A DNA stretch of 64,000 nt. It comes from Candidatus Doudnabacteria bacterium. Its GTDB lineage: Bacteria; Patescibacteriota; Doudnabacteria; UBA920; O2-02-FULL-48-8. The translations under genes were made by a program, and so were the position numbers. The notes under the pieces were generated by a model. The model worked only from the letters and a program-made list of their open reading frames with translations, was not told the origin of the DNA and did no database searches. The stretch is from assembly GCA_025450105.1 (NCBI GenBank), contig JANWIA010000024.1, positions 229 to 64,228 on the forward strand. Reading direction: 5' to 3'. The stretch's first letter is position 1. Every line of letters begins with the position of its first letter. Shown in pieces: positions 63,017-64,000 of the stretch.

Positions 63017-64000
63017 TTATTTCTTTCCCTTGATGGAGGCTTTGATGAAGTCTCGGAAAAGTGGACCAGGCGCTAGTGGGCGGGATTTGAATTCCGGATG
63101 GAACTGTACGCCAACAAAGAATGGATGATCCGGTAATTCGATAATTTCTACTAATTGTCCATCTGGTGTCGTGCCTGAGAACACAAAACCTTTAGCTTCA
63201 AATTGCTTGCGGAATTTATTATTGAATTCATAGCGATGACGATGGCGTTCCATGACTTTCTTTTCGCCATAAGCTTGCAGTGCTCGTGAACCAGGTTTGA
63301 GGACACATGGCCAGGCACCTAAGCGCATTGTTGCGCCATATTCTCTTTTCAAAAGTTTCTTTTCCTGTTCCGGCATGACGTGGATGACTGGGAATTTGGT
63401 TTGCGGATCAACTTCCGTGGTGTTGGCGCCTTTAAGTTTCAAGACATTGCGGGCGAATTCGATGGTGGCCATTTGCATGCCGTAGCACAACCCCAGGTAT
63501 GGAACCTTTTTGGTTCGGGCATAAGTAATGGCCGAAATCATGCCCTCGACTCCTCGTTTGCCAAACCCTGGGGTAATGACAATGCCGTCCATGCCCTTGA
63601 GCAGTTCTGTGCCTTCTTTTTCGAGCTTCTCGCTGTCGATCCAGTGTAGCTGGGGTTTGACCCGGTTTGACCAGGAAGCCGCCTTTAAAGCCTCAATAAT
63701 CGACACGTAGACGTCCGAAAGGTTGTAGTTGCCTGTGCCAAAGTATTTGCCAACAACCGCCACGTTCACAACCTTGGAAACAGTCTTGCGGGTGCGCATC
63801 AAGCTACGCCAGGACTTTAAGTCTTTACCGCCGGTTGGCATATCAAACTTGGCCAAAATTTTCTCGCCAAGTTTTTGGGATTGCATAACAATAGGCACTT
63901 CGTAAATAGAGTCTAAATCCGGATTGGAAATAACATCTTCTTTTTTGACGTTGCAGAATAATGCAATGCGCTCTTTTCTCTTATCATCAACGTAGTGTTC
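63017..64000 (-). CDS. pyrG: CTP synthase (partial; N-terminus beyond window end)
   Basis: A C-terminal glutamine amidotransferase domain is present (GLCYGMQ ... HRHRYE). The frame is open to the window edge. Confidence 0.88.
   Translation of the reverse strand, partial: EHYVDDKRKERIALFCNVKKEDVISNPDLDSIYEVPIVMQSQKLGEKILAKFDMPTGGKDLKSWRSLMRTRKTVSKVVNVAVVGKYFGTGNYNLSDVYVSIIEALKAASWSNRVKPQLHWIDSEKLEKEGTELLKGMDGIVITPGFGKRGVEGMISAITYARTKKVPYLGLCYGMQMATIEFARNVLKLKGANTTEVDPQTKFPVIHVMPEQEKKLLKREYGATMRLGAWPCVLKPGSRALQAYGEKKVMERHRHRYEFNNKFRKQFEAKGFVFSGTTPDGQLVEIIELPDHPFFVGVQFHPEFKSRPLAPGPLFRDFIKASIKGKK

Noticed and set aside
1-64000. A CRISPR array or IS/transposase genes.
   Set aside because: No regularly spaced direct repeats and no transposase or integrase-like ORFs were seen. 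The only repeats are the 23-nt tandem at 23391-23436, the 30-nt motif copies and the operator palindromes described above.

Overview
This is a low-GC (roughly 40%) bacterial chromosomal window. Most of it is housekeeping genes. The recognisable ones are murC, murB, hpf, an arginine decarboxylase / deoxyhypusine-synthase-like / agmatinase polyamine trio, secA, secD, secF, mnmA, a membrane H+-pyrophosphatase, an ABC-F ATPase, tRNA-Gln(CUG), ybaB, a CaCA antiporter, a P-type ATPase, pcm, carboxypeptidase Taq, fmt, def, thpR, gltX, dus, a cysteine desulfurase, L27 and a partial pyrG. Ku and a split LigD are present. A large secreted protein with a pilin-like C-terminus and several Pro-rich tails suggest a small-genome (CPR-like) organism, but I cannot verify that.

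Three things stand out.

1. An EcoRI-family N6-adenine methyltransferase sits immediately after secA. It is followed by a DUF262/ParB-like plus His-Me (DUF1524-like) nuclease, a small transmembrane protein and a WYL-like protein. I read this as a candidate restriction-modification or defence pair of unusual composition.

2. Several short GC-rich (about 55-60%) cassettes are embedded in the low-GC background. Each has a near-consensus TTGAC(A/G)-N17-TAG(T/C)AT promoter, strong AAGGAGG Shine-Dalgarno sequences and intrinsic terminators.
   - The largest, 12987-14760, encodes at least seven proteins of 52-73 aa, mostly Cys/His-rich and zinc-ribbon-like, in three operons. GTG and TTG starts are not in the ATG-only ORF track.
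   - Another, 47315-47823, is a roughly 500-nt promoter-to-terminator unit with no plausible ORF and may be a structured ncRNA.

3. A roughly 30-nt motif, TGTCATTGCGAGCGA..AGCGAAGCAATCT, occurs as an inverted pair at 14121-14198 and again at 20963-20995. The two sites bracket the EVE / uracil-DNA glycosylase / Ku / LigD segment.

The remaining features are structured intergenic elements in the polyamine cluster, the secA leader and the dus leader, and a tandem palindromic operator at 28060-28110.
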